Source: Candidatus Promineifilaceae bacterium (lineage in GTDB: Bacteria > Chloroflexota > Anaerolineae > Promineifilales > Promineifilaceae). Taken from it: a stretch of DNA of 64,000 nucleotides. Shown here piece by piece: positions 48,809 through 58,061 of the stretch. The first letter of the stretch is position 1. Every line of letters starts with the position of its first letter. The notes beneath the pieces are model-generated. The model worked only from the letters and a program-made list of their open reading frames with translations, did not search any database and was not told the origin of the DNA. Location: positions 18,608-82,607 of the forward strand of contig JBHIWP010000002.1 in the NCBI GenBank assembly GCA_041987425.1, read 5' to 3'. The translations under genes and the position numbers were made by a program.

Positions 48809-50536
48809 GTGTCTATTCCTGGAACAGTTGTTTACAATTCGGCAGTAGAAGATTTTAAGCGGGCCCGTCGCGCCGCGGCCATGCAGCAAATGATGGCCCG
48901 GCTCACCGGCAAGTCGGCCGATCTTTTGGCCTATGAGGATGTTTGCCGCTATGTGAAATCTGCTGACGAGGTGAAGCAGGGCGTGCGGGAGATCCCACTG
49001 GACGCCATTGTGGGCAGCGTAGGCCGGTACAAGGATTTTACGCGTACTTTCTGGCCCAAGAACGATAGTGATGAGGAGCGTTGGGTGCGGGTGAAAACGG
49101 CCGTTCACGATATGTCTGGTATGTCGCCCATTGATGTGTATAAAACCGGCGACGTTTACTTTGTTATTGACGGCAACCACCGGGTCTCTATTGCCCGGCA
49201 GCTGGGCAGCGACACGATTACCGCCCGCGTCACGGAAGTGCCGCTGCGCGTGCCCCTGTCGCCCGATGATGATCCTGAAAAAATTATTTGTAAAGCGCGG
49301 TATGCTGAGTTTTTGGAGCAAACGGATCTGGACAATTTACGACCTGGAGCAAATCTGCTGATGACTTTTTGTGGCCAGTACCAGCTGCTGCTGGACCAGA
49401 TTGCGGCGCATGCTGCGCTTTTGGCGGAGAAGGGTGAAGCGGTTGATGATAAAACGGCCGTTTGCCGCTGGTATGATGAGGTGTATCTGCCTGTCTTGCG
49501 CCACATTCAGGCGCAGGGCATCATGCGCCTCTTTCCAGACAGGACCCAGGCCGATATGTACATCCTTTTTTCTGAACGGCGGGCGGAGCTGGAAGAGGCT
49601 TTGGGTTGGAAGATTGATGCGGAGACGGCCGTATCTCAATTAGCCAGCGAAGAAAGCGACCGACCAAAAGGGCTGGCGGGCTGGCTGCGCCAGACGCTGG
49701 TACCCGCAGAGCTGATTGAAGGGCCGCCCCCAGGGCGCTGGCGGGAATTTCAGGAAACGCGAGAGCGAGGTTGCCTGTTTGCCGATTATTTGGTGGCTAT
49801 AGAGGGCAGCGAAACAGATTGGCAAATGCTGGACCAGGTGGTAAAGATGGCGCTGCGCGACAATGACCGTCTGCTGGGCCTGCACGTGGTGGCGCGTCAG
49901 GCGCAGCGAAACAGCGCGAAAGTAGAGCGGATCCGAGAAAGATTTCTGCGCACCTGCCGTGAGGCTGGCCTTAGATGCGAGTTTGCCGTTGAAGTGGGCG
50001 CTGTTGTGGATGTTATTATTAAACGGGCCATCTTTGCTGATTTGGTCGTGCTCAATTTAGAGCATCCCCCGGGGCCACAGGCTCTCGCCAGGTTGGGCAA
50101 CCGCTTTAGCCAGCTGGTGCAGCGCTGCCCACGACCCATTTTAGCCATTCCTTGTGGGGCAGAGACGGCTATGGACCGGGTGCTATTGGCTTACGACGGC
50201 AGCCCCAAGGCAGATGAAGCGCTGTTTGTGGCTACCTACCTGGTAACGCGCTGGCCGCTGTCCTTGACGGTGGTTACGGTGGAGACGGAGCATACGGCGG
50301 CCAATGCCCTACAGCGCGCCAAAGAATATTTGGAGGCGCACGGCGTTACGAAAGCGCGGTACGTGTTGGGCAAGATGCCCATTGCAGAAGCGGTTTTACA
50401 AACGGCCGTTGACGAAGATATTAATTTTCTCATCATGGGTGGCTTTGGTTTTAGGCCCATGATGCACTTTGTGCTCGGCAGCACTGTGGATGAGATTTTG
50501 CGGCGGTTTAAGCATCCAATTTTAATTTGTCGATGA
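48809..50536 (+). CDS. ParB/Srx-like N-domain protein with a DUF4032-like middle region and tandem C-terminal universal stress protein domains
   Basis: YFVIDGNHRVSIARQLG (ParB/sulfiredoxin-type), then WYDEVYLPV...RTQADMYIL. Two USP-like halves follow, ending GGFGF...VLGSTVDEILR. GTG start. Confidence 0.6.
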   Translation: MSIPGTVVYNSAVEDFKRARRAAAMQQMMARLTGKSADLLAYEDVCRYVKSADEVKQGVREIPLDAIVGSVGRYKDFTRTFWPKNDSDEERWVRVKTAVHDMSGMSPIDVYKTGDVYFVIDGNHRVSIARQLGSDTITARVTEVPLRVPLSPDDDPEKIICKARYAEFLEQTDLDNLRPGANLLMTFCGQYQLLLDQIAAHAALLAEKGEAVDDKTAVCRWYDEVYLPVLRHIQAQGIMRLFPDRTQADMYILFSERRAELEEALGWKIDAETAVSQLASEESDRPKGLAGWLRQTLVPAELIEGPPPGRWREFQETRERGCLFADYLVAIEGSETDWQMLDQVVKMALRDNDRLLGLHVVARQAQRNSAKVERIRERFLRTCREAGLRCEFAVEVGAVVDVIIKRAIFADLVVLNLEHPPGPQALARLGNRFSQLVQRCPRPILAIPCGAETAMDRVLLAYDGSPKADEALFVATYLVTRWPLSLTVVTVETEHTAANALQRAKEYLEAHGVTKARYVLGKMPIAEAVLQTAVDEDINFLIMGGFGFRPMMHFVLGSTVDEILRRFKHPILICR

Positions 50537-50542
50537 GGATTT

Positions 50543-52282
50543 ATGAGTGCACACAATCAATATCACTACCATGCAGCCCTGGAGGACTTTCACCAGGCGC
50601 GGCGACAGGCGGCAATGCAGCAGCTGCTGGCCCGATTTACCGGCGAGCAAACTGAACTACTATCGTATGAGGATGTGAGGCGAAAGCTGAAGGTCACCAA
50701 CGTACGCGAGCGTGGACTGCAAGAAATCCCTGTAAATAAGATTATTGGCAGCGTAGGGCGCTACAAAGATTTTACCCGGAGCTTTTTGCCCAAGAGCGAC
50801 AGCGACAGCCATCGCTGGGCCCGGGTTAAAGCGGCCGTTTCAGACCTGGCTGGCGTACCGCCAATTGAGGTTTATCAGCTGGGCGATGCTTATTTTGTCA
50901 TAGACGGCAACCATCGCGTCTCCATTGCCAGGCAGCTGGAGACTCCCACCATCTCCGCGTATGTGACTGAGGTGAAGACCCGCGTTCCCCTGACGGCAGA
51001 CGATGATCCCGAAGAGCTGATTTGCAAAAGCCGCTATGCGGAATTCCTGGAAAATACCGATCTGGATAATCTGCGGCCTGAAGCTGATTTAATGATGACC
51101 TTCTGTGCCCATTACTCTGTTTTGCTAGACCATATTGAGGTACATCGCTATTACATGGGGCTGGATCTGAAGCGGGATGTCTCTTACGAAGAAGCTGTGG
51201 CCCACTGGTATGACGAGGTGTACATGCCCGTGGTGGAACTGGTGCGCGAGCAGGGGATTATGCGAGACTTCCCCGAGCGCACCGAAGCGGATATGTATAT
51301 TTTGCTGGCAGAACATCGCGCTGAGTTGGAAAGTGCTCTGGGCTGGGATGTGGATGCCAGTACGGCCGTTAGCGAGATGCAGCGCAAGAGCAGACCGGGG
51401 CCTGCGCTGGCGCGCGTGTTGGAAGCCGTGCTGCCCGATGAGCTGGAGTTTGGCCCGGCTGCTGGGCAGTGGCGGCAAGAGCGGCTAAGCCAGCGTAATC
51501 TGAGCCGCCTTTTTGAAGAAACAATGGTGGCTATCTCGGGTCAGCCAGATGACTGGCGCGTGTTGGACCAGGCGATAGTGATGGCACAGCGGGAAACCGG
51601 CCGTTTACGTGGCGTTCATGTATCTGATGCCAGCGATGAGGAAGCCGCTGAAGAGAGTGTGTCATCCATACGGGGAGAATTTTACCGCAGAACGGAGTCC
51701 GCCGGAGTCCAGGCAAATTTTACCGTTGAGTTTGGCAACGTAGCCCGCCACATTGTGGCCCATGCCGCCTACTCCGACCTGGTAATGCTGGCTTTGAATC
51801 GCCCCCCTGGCCTCTCGATTTTGGAGCGCCTGGCCTCTGGCCTGCAAACCATACTTAAGCGAACGCCGCGACCGGTGATGGTTGTGCCTACGGCCGCATC
51901 CCCCATGCAGCACGCCTTACTGGCTTATGACGGCAGCCCCAAGGCAGAAGAAGCGCTGTTTGTGGCTACTTATCTGGCCAGCCGGTGGCAGATACAGCTT
52001 ACAGTTGCAACGATTAGCAGCAGCGCCAACGGTAAGCTGGATGCTTCCAGGCGCATTCAGGCAAGGGCCAAAACATACCTTGAACTGGCCGGAGTTTCTG
52101 CCAACTACTTGCTTTCTGTGGGGCCACCCGCGCAATCCTTGCTGGAAACGGCCGTTTCGCAAAATGTGGATTTTATGATCATGGGCGGGTTCGGCTTTAG
52201 TTCTATGAAGAGCCTGGTGTTGGGCAGCACGCTCAACCGCGTTTTGCTGGAGTACAAGCAGCCTGTATTGATATGCAGATAA
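50543..52282 (+). CDS. Paralogue of the preceding gene (ParB/Srx-like + DUF4032-like + 2x USP)
   Basis: Collinear similarity to 48809..50536 along the whole length (YFVIDGNHRVSIARQL, WYDEVYMPV, GGFGF...VLGSTLNRVL). Confidence 0.6.
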   Translation: MSAHNQYHYHAALEDFHQARRQAAMQQLLARFTGEQTELLSYEDVRRKLKVTNVRERGLQEIPVNKIIGSVGRYKDFTRSFLPKSDSDSHRWARVKAAVSDLAGVPPIEVYQLGDAYFVIDGNHRVSIARQLETPTISAYVTEVKTRVPLTADDDPEELICKSRYAEFLENTDLDNLRPEADLMMTFCAHYSVLLDHIEVHRYYMGLDLKRDVSYEEAVAHWYDEVYMPVVELVREQGIMRDFPERTEADMYILLAEHRAELESALGWDVDASTAVSEMQRKSRPGPALARVLEAVLPDELEFGPAAGQWRQERLSQRNLSRLFEETMVAISGQPDDWRVLDQAIVMAQRETGRLRGVHVSDASDEEAAEESVSSIRGEFYRRTESAGVQANFTVEFGNVARHIVAHAAYSDLVMLALNRPPGLSILERLASGLQTILKRTPRPVMVVPTAASPMQHALLAYDGSPKAEEALFVATYLASRWQIQLTVATISSSANGKLDASRRIQARAKTYLELAGVSANYLLSVGPPAQSLLETAVSQNVDFMIMGGFGFSSMKSLVLGSTLNRVLLEYKQPVLICR

Positions 52283-52292
52283 AGAAAGACGC

Positions 52293-52667
52293 ATGAACCC
52301 ATTTACCCGCTTTCTCACGCAGTGGTCCAGAAATGCCTCGCTTGCCGATTTTATCGCGCACTGGGATCGGCTGGAGAAGCTGGTGGTCCAGGTGCATCGG
52401 GAAAAGATTACGCTGCTGGAAGCCAGGCAAGAGTTCGAGGCGGTTTGGGCCTGGCTGCGGCGGCATTACGGCAGCTGGGAAGAAGCGTTACGGCCGTATT
52501 GGCAGCAAACAAAAGCCGCAGGTGAACTTACCCAAACCGATCCCTTTCAGCTGCTGCTTTCTTTAGAAGCCCCCGCTGCCATCTTAGGCAACTGGCCTGC
52601 CATGCAGCACCTGCCCGCTGCCCGCGAAGCCCTTAACCTCTATCTACGTGACCAGCAAGAAGCATAA
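52293..52667 (+). CDS. Hypothetical protein
   Basis: 124-aa ORF following the USP pair. Confidence 0.4.
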   Translation: MNPFTRFLTQWSRNASLADFIAHWDRLEKLVVQVHREKITLLEARQEFEAVWAWLRRHYGSWEEALRPYWQQTKAAGELTQTDPFQLLLSLEAPAAILGNWPAMQHLPAAREALNLYLRDQQEA

Positions 52668-52679
52668 CCAACTCACCCT

Positions 52680-55600
52680 TTACCGCTTCACAAACGGCAA
52701 ATAGATGAAATAGTCTGCACCACTGCCGGGGTCCACCGTTGGCGTCATCTCCGGAGTTGGTGATGGGCCAGGAGTTGGCGAAGGCCCCGGGGTAGACGTA
52801 GGCGGAATGGGTGTATTGGTCGGCGTTGGCGTGTTGGTCGGCGTCGGTGTGTTCGTTGCCGTCGGCGTATTTGTTGGCGTTGGCGTGGGTGTATTCGTCG
52901 CTGTCGCTGTTGGCGTGGGCGTAACGGACGGCGTCGGCGTGGGGCTTAGATTCTCGGTGGAATCGGCCGCGTAGGTGCCTCGCGTCAGGCTGGCTGTGGT
53001 AAGACCAACCAGGCGGAACATTTGTCCCTGTGCCGTGACATTGGAGGCCAGGTCCCAGCAGGCGGCGCTGCCCGGTACGGTACAGTCGGCCGTGTCGCTA
53101 ACTTCCATTAGCCGCTGCTGGTTGAACACGTCGGCCAGGCATTGTGAATTGTTATCTACCGGCAGCTGCAATGTCCACGTTGTGCCGGTTGTGGGCACGC
53201 CTCGCACGAAATATTCGTAGTAATCAGAGCACATGCTGGTGCTGCTGGTATTGAGCGGCGTGCTGAAAGGGGCGTTGGTGAGGGAACGGCCGTAGCTCAC
53301 AATAACCGGTGTGCCAGAGCGATTGTTACTTTCTAACGTAGCGTCACCCAACTTGGCGCGGCCTGTCCGGCTAGAAAGGTCGGTCCAGGCAACGACGTTG
53401 GCCGCCAAACGGGCATCCCAGGCAGCCTGGGGGATACCGGAACCAGCGGGAGGCGTCTCGCCCAGGGCTACGCCCCAGAAGTTGTTGTTCAGGTTGGCCG
53501 TGCCGCTAATGGACTGGGTGTAAGCAATCGTAGAGTCTGTAATATTGTTGGCATAGGCGTCAATAATACCTTCATTTTGCTGGATAGCGGTTGTATTATC
53601 GACGAGCGTATTGCCCTTTATGATGACATCACTGGGGCCAGTAATACTAACGGCCTGGTTGAAACCGGTGATGGTGTTATTTTTGATGAGGATACGGCCG
53701 TTGCCCGAAGCGCGTACGGCCGTGGTCGTCTCACAGTTGGCCGAGCAGGTCAGGTTCAGGTTCAGAATGGTCATGTTGCCCACACTCTGAGCCGAAATCA
53801 TGCGGCTGTTAGCACCGCCCACCCAGTTCAGCGTGGCGTTATTGCTGCCGTACAGCACAACGCTGCCGGTCCCGCTGCCGCTGGCTACCAGGGGAGCAGA
53901 AATATTGAAGTTGCCAATGATTGTGAGCGAATCCCCGCTGGGTATGGTGTTTAAAGCCGTTTGAATGTTGTTGAAGTCACAGCCGGAGGCGCACACGGTC
54001 CAGGGTTCCACCAGGGCTTCTAAAAAGTCCAAAATGCGCTCTGCATTTTCTGATCCCGCCACCACGGAGGGGCGGCCTACCAGCCCAAACGACGGCGAAT
54101 CCTGGAACTCTGGCCCACCGTAGAAGGTAATGGCCCGGCGCAGGTCTACTCGAGTGTGGTTGTGGAAGAATGGCGCTGTAAGATCAGTACCGAACAGGCC
54201 GGGTGTGCTGTAGGCGCGGGTGCTGACGCCGTTGCCGTCGGGCTCCTCCGGCGGCATGCCATCGGCGGCGTTGACGGCGATCTCGTCTGTGCCGGTGTCA
54301 AAAACCCCGTTCTCTCCTTCGGCAAAGCCGCGCACCGTGCCGTCGGTGGTCGCCAACACCGGGCCAGAGTGGCAGCGAGAGCACTTGGCCGCCGGGCCAA
54401 AGAAAATCTCACGGCCCAAAATCTGCTCATCGGTCACCGCAAAGCGGTCCAGGTCATAGTTGCCATCGGCAGGCAGGCGGATGGTGAACTGGAAGGCTTC
54501 CAGGGCAGCCCGCTCGTCCTCCGTGGGCAGGCGGAAGTCGATGCCCTCGCGCCGCAGCAGGCTGCGCGGCGCGTGCTGCTCCACCGCTCCGGCGGAAAAG
54601 TCACCCAGGTCGGCAATCTCAGAGCTGAAGCCGTAGGGAGCGGTGTGCTCCAGGTTAAACAAAGCGGGCGAGGCGCGAAACACCTCAATCTGGTCGAAGC
54701 CATCGATATTTTCCAGGATCAGGGCACGGCCGTCTGGGAAGCTCACTGTGTTGGCAGAGGGGCCGTGCATCAGCGTGAAATTCTCCAGCCCGTTGGCACT
54801 GCCGTTGACTGGGTTTGGTCCGGCCAGGTCGCCATTGGTAAAGGAAATAAAAGTGGCGCTATTGCCCAAGCTGTCCGTGATGGTGCCTGAAAGGTCATCA
54901 CCACCATAAATTAGATACGTATTGCCATAGCCAGCCAGAACGGTGGCCGAGCCAGTGGTGCCGCTAATATCCCCGCGCAGGTCGCTGGGCTGGGCAAAGC
55001 CGCTGGGGGCGCTGGAGGTAACCACCAGCGTGTTGACGTTGTACTCATTGACGAAGAGCACGTCATGGGCGGGCTTGTTGAGGACCTGGTCGGGGGAGAG
55101 GCCGAAGTCGCCGTTGTCGGGCACGTGGCAAGAGCCGCAGGTACGGCCGTTGCCCAGGAAAGTCTCCTGGTTAAACAAAATCTCGCCCTGATCTGCCAGG
55201 GGAGCCACGGAGGGCACAACGGTAAAGGTTTGCCCGGCTGTGTTTACAGGATTGGGCGGTCCCATAGCAAAATCACTATTATTTTGCGTACCAGTGCCGA
55301 AGCCGCTGCCGCTCACTCGCTTGAGAGCGGCGGTGTTTAAAATGGGCAGTTCGGCGCTGCTAGGGCCGTCATTGGCGCCTGCGGTGCTGCCGCTGTAGCC
55401 TGCACCGCCGTAAGAAAGGGCCACGTTGACGCTGGTGCTATTGATATTGTCCGGGTTGTTTTGGAAGGCAACTTTACCGGCGACGGGAATGATATCGGCA
55501 GGCATGATGAAGTCTGGAGCGGGAGCGCCGGGCAGGGCGGCGAACTTCTCTGTGGCTACCAGAACGGTGCTTTCACCAGAGGAGGGATCGTTGGGGAATA

Positions 55601-55910
55601 CAAATCGGCCGGTTTCTGCACCCAGTGAATTATAAAATACCAGCATTGCGCGACCCGGCGAGCCAGCAGGGTCTTCTGCTTGTGGTCCCCACGCTTTTTG
55701 CGAATTGCTTGATGCTTCCAGCACCACATACTGTACCTGAGAATCGCCGTTCATTCCGGCCATAACCTCATTGATACGTACTAAATGATGATCGGCGCTG
55801 GCCTGGCGCACCGTGGTGAAAACAGCCACGGTTGCCATTAGCAAAAAAGCAAAAAGGGTTATCAGCAGATGCAATCTTCTAACTGGGACGAGCATATACA
55901 ATTCCTCCAA
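52680..55910 (-). CDS. Large secreted protein: LTD-like N-domain, di-haem cytochrome c (peroxidase-like) region, parallel beta-helix repeats, Pro/Thr linker, short C-terminal YLPFVKR tail
   Basis: Signal-anchor N-terminus. Two CxxCH motifs (CGSCH, CSRCH). [15 protein letters not shown] plus NNTITG/GNTLVDN PbH1-like repeats. A (T/N)TPTP linker. Confidence 0.65.
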   Translation of the reverse strand: MEELYMLVPVRRLHLLITLFAFLLMATVAVFTTVRQASADHHLVRINEVMAGMNGDSQVQYVVLEASSNSQKAWGPQAEDPAGSPGRAMLVFYNSLGAETGRFVFPNDPSSGESTVLVATEKFAALPGAPAPDFIMPADIIPVAGKVAFQNNPDNINSTSVNVALSYGGAGYSGSTAGANDGPSSAELPILNTAALKRVSGSGFGTGTQNNSDFAMGPPNPVNTAGQTFTVVPSVAPLADQGEILFNQETFLGNGRTCGSCHVPDNGDFGLSPDQVLNKPAHDVLFVNEYNVNTLVVTSSAPSGFAQPSDLRGDISGTTGSATVLAGYGNTYLIYGGDDLSGTITDSLGNSATFISFTNGDLAGPNPVNGSANGLENFTLMHGPSANTVSFPDGRALILENIDGFDQIEVFRASPALFNLEHTAPYGFSSEIADLGDFSAGAVEQHAPRSLLRREGIDFRLPTEDERAALEAFQFTIRLPADGNYDLDRFAVTDEQILGREIFFGPAAKCSRCHSGPVLATTDGTVRGFAEGENGVFDTGTDEIAVNAADGMPPEEPDGNGVSTRAYSTPGLFGTDLTAPFFHNHTRVDLRRAITFYGGPEFQDSPSFGLVGRPSVVAGSENAERILDFLEALVEPWTVCASGCDFNNIQTALNTIPSGDSLTIIGNFNISAPLVASGSGTGSVVLYGSNNATLNWVGGANSRMISAQSVGNMTILNLNLTCSANCETTTAVRASGNGRILIKNNTITGFNQAVSITGPSDVIIKGNTLVDNTTAIQQNEGIIDAYANNITDSTIAYTQSISGTANLNNNFWGVALGETPPAGSGIPQAAWDARLAANVVAWTDLSSRTGRAKLGDATLESNNRSGTPVIVSYGRSLTNAPFSTPLNTSSTSMCSDYYEYFVRGVPTTGTTWTLQLPVDNNSQCLADVFNQQRLMEVSDTADCTVPGSAACWDLASNVTAQGQMFRLVGLTTASLTRGTYAADSTENLSPTPTPSVTPTPTATATNTPTPTPTNTPTATNTPTPTNTPTPTNTPIPPTSTPGPSPTPGPSPTPEMTPTVDPGSGADYFIYLPFVKR

Positions 55911-56037
55911 AATACTGCTGCCTGGCTCCTAACCTCGAACGATTAAGTGATGAATTTGCACAAGGATAGTGCCCAAAAATATAGATGGCAGCACTTACAT
56001 ATGCGCTTACGAGAAGATGTTTTGGAGGGGTGAAACG

Positions 56038-56084
56038 TGATGCGTGAAGCGCAAGAGATGAGGTCTGTTACGCTTCACGCATCA
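56038..56084 (-). repeat. 14-bp perfect hairpin built of GTGAAGC-type heptamers, after the multihaem cytochrome gene
   Basis: TGATGCGTGAAGCG at 56038-56051 and CGCTTCACGCATCA at 56071-56084. Preceded by GTGAAAC GTGATGC GTGAAGC phasing. No U-tract. Confidence 0.55.
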
Positions 56085-56095
56085 GGCAGGAATTG

Positions 56096-57970
56096 TTATC
56101 TATGAATGAAAGGGAGGTAGGTTTCTAGCCCAATAGCTTTTTGAGCCATGATGGTTGGTTGAGAACGGCCGTTTTCCGCCCACAGATCATACAAAATCTG
56201 GCCGTTGCTGCTGGCGTCGCCAAAAAAAGGACTCTCATTGCGTAAAAACTCAATGTACTCGCGTGAAGCCACCTGATGCACCAGCCGCACTATCACAACT
56301 TCGGGTTCGGCAGGCAGGGAGTAGGTGACCGTGTCCCAGTACTGACCATCAGCGTAGCGGCTGGGGTCTGGCGCGCCGTTGGTGTATGGCGCAGCCCCAG
56401 CCGCGGCAAAGGCAGCAAACTCGTAGCCACGCGGTGGGATGCGGTTGTCGTGCAAGATCTCGTTGTTCAGAATGAAGTGGAACGATTCGCCTGCGGGAAC
56501 GCCAAGCTGAGCCGCCAGGTCCGCCGAGATGCCGTGCTTGGCTTCGTATAGCTGAAGGTCACCGTCTTCAGTGAGAAGGCCAGTGGCTGCATCGTATGCG
56601 CCGGAGCTATAAATGAGGCTGCCGGCGGCGTCGTATGCTTCTACCTGCAGCCACATGCGTCGGCCTTCAATGTAGCCAGTGGGCAGCTTATGGCCGCTGT
56701 TGTTGGTCACCGTCACCACGAGCTGTGTGCCCGTCAGGGAAATGTCTAGCTCCGCGGCATTTTGCAGCATGGCCGTGGCCCGGTCAATACCGGCGTTAAG
56801 TGCCTCCAGCCGCTCCTCGGCGTAGGGGCCGGTGGTGAAGGTTGCGCTGAACACGGGATGCTGCGGAATAATTTGCGGCACCCAGTTGTTGGCGCCAGTG
56901 AGATCATGTAGGGGCAGATCACTGCGCTCTGGAACGCTGGTGGCATTGCCAAAGAATGCCGCGCCAACGCCGGTGACATCCTGCATGTGGCAGTCCTGGC
57001 AGGTGGAGACGCTGCTTTTGTTGCCGCCAAACTGCGGCAGGGCAACACCTTGCGGCGTGTTGAAGTCACTGAGCCGCCACTCGCTGTAGGTGCGCTCAAC
57101 GGGGAACATGCTGGTGGTGTCGGTGAACGGCTGGTTGACGTCGTTAAGAACGTAGCTTTGGCTGGGCTCATCCCAGGTGAGCAGCGGGTTGCTGATGTCG
57201 TGGCAGCTGCCGCACAGGGCAGCATCCTGGTGGAAGGGCGATTCAAGGGTATCCAGGGCGCCTGCGGCCGGGTTGTGGGGGTCGAAGCCGTTGTCGGTAA
57301 CGACGTCAAAGGGGCCGCGCCGGTAATCGGCCGTATCCACGATGAGGCTAGCGTTGCCGGGAATGGTTACCGGGCTGGTGATGGCGGCCAATACGGTCAG
57401 GTCGCGGTCGGGGTTTTCGCTGCTGTACAGCGGATCGACCATGCGGTGACACACTTCGCACTGCACGCCCTCCTGGTCAACGGCCGTCATTGCCGAGCCG
57501 TCTGTGGTGGAAGAACGGCCGTCTAGCCAACCGCGCGGCAAGTGACAGCGCAGGCAAAACTCCCCAGCAAAGGCGGCATCGGCATTGGCAATATCTAGCG
57601 CGGCATAAAATACGGGGTCGCGGCCCGATTGAGCCATCATGCTGCCCGCCCAGCCGGTCCACGGCTCATAATCAGCAGGCTGGTTTACCTGGCTGCTGTA
57701 GTTGGCGTGGCAGCCAATGCACTGCTCTGGCGAGTCGATGTCGAAGGTACCAGTGTGCAACGGCTGCGTGCCGGGCTGGAAAAAGTCTAGCATGGTGGTA
57801 GTAGAAAGCGTGGGGGTAGGCCCGGTTCCATTAGGACTCAATTGTGGATGATTTGCAGGCAGTGCGGCCTGTGCGGCGGGCGTGCTGGTTTGTTTTAGCG
57901 TGGCAAAAAGGGCGGCAATGATGGCGAGCGTGAGGCTGGTGGAAAAGAAGATAATTAATATTTTACGCAT
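56096..57970 (-). CDS. Secreted multihaem c-type cytochrome (five CxxCH) with a C-terminal YLPFIHR tail
   Basis: Signal peptide. CIGCH, CLRCH, CEVCH, CGSCH, CQDCH. Confidence 0.75.
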   Translation of the reverse strand: MRKILIIFFSTSLTLAIIAALFATLKQTSTPAAQAALPANHPQLSPNGTGPTPTLSTTTMLDFFQPGTQPLHTGTFDIDSPEQCIGCHANYSSQVNQPADYEPWTGWAGSMMAQSGRDPVFYAALDIANADAAFAGEFCLRCHLPRGWLDGRSSTTDGSAMTAVDQEGVQCEVCHRMVDPLYSSENPDRDLTVLAAITSPVTIPGNASLIVDTADYRRGPFDVVTDNGFDPHNPAAGALDTLESPFHQDAALCGSCHDISNPLLTWDEPSQSYVLNDVNQPFTDTTSMFPVERTYSEWRLSDFNTPQGVALPQFGGNKSSVSTCQDCHMQDVTGVGAAFFGNATSVPERSDLPLHDLTGANNWVPQIIPQHPVFSATFTTGPYAEERLEALNAGIDRATAMLQNAAELDISLTGTQLVVTVTNNSGHKLPTGYIEGRRMWLQVEAYDAAGSLIYSSGAYDAATGLLTEDGDLQLYEAKHGISADLAAQLGVPAGESFHFILNNEILHDNRIPPRGYEFAAFAAAGAAPYTNGAPDPSRYADGQYWDTVTYSLPAEPEVVIVRLVHQVASREYIEFLRNESPFFGDASSNGQILYDLWAENGRSQPTIMAQKAIGLETYLPFIHR

Positions 57971-58061
57971 ACGATCCCTCTACGATTTGAGTTGAGAGTA
58001 CCCGGATGAGTACGGCCGTATTATAATCCCCCGCGCAAATCATGACTATTAAGGGAAGAAT

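Noticed and set aside
52760-52960. Tandem-looking GGCGT(T/C)GG repeats
   Set aside because: They are the coding sequence of a Pro/Thr linker (TPTPTNTPT...) in the 1076-aa secreted protein. This is low-complexity coding DNA, not a non-coding repeat array. The same applies to 59440-59700 in the hydrolase-like gene.
54156-54890. 244-aa plus-strand ORF and other ORFs antisense to the large secreted haem protein
   Set aside because: They are Gly/Arg/Ala-rich shadow frames in G+C-rich coding DNA and are fully contained in the 1076-aa gene.
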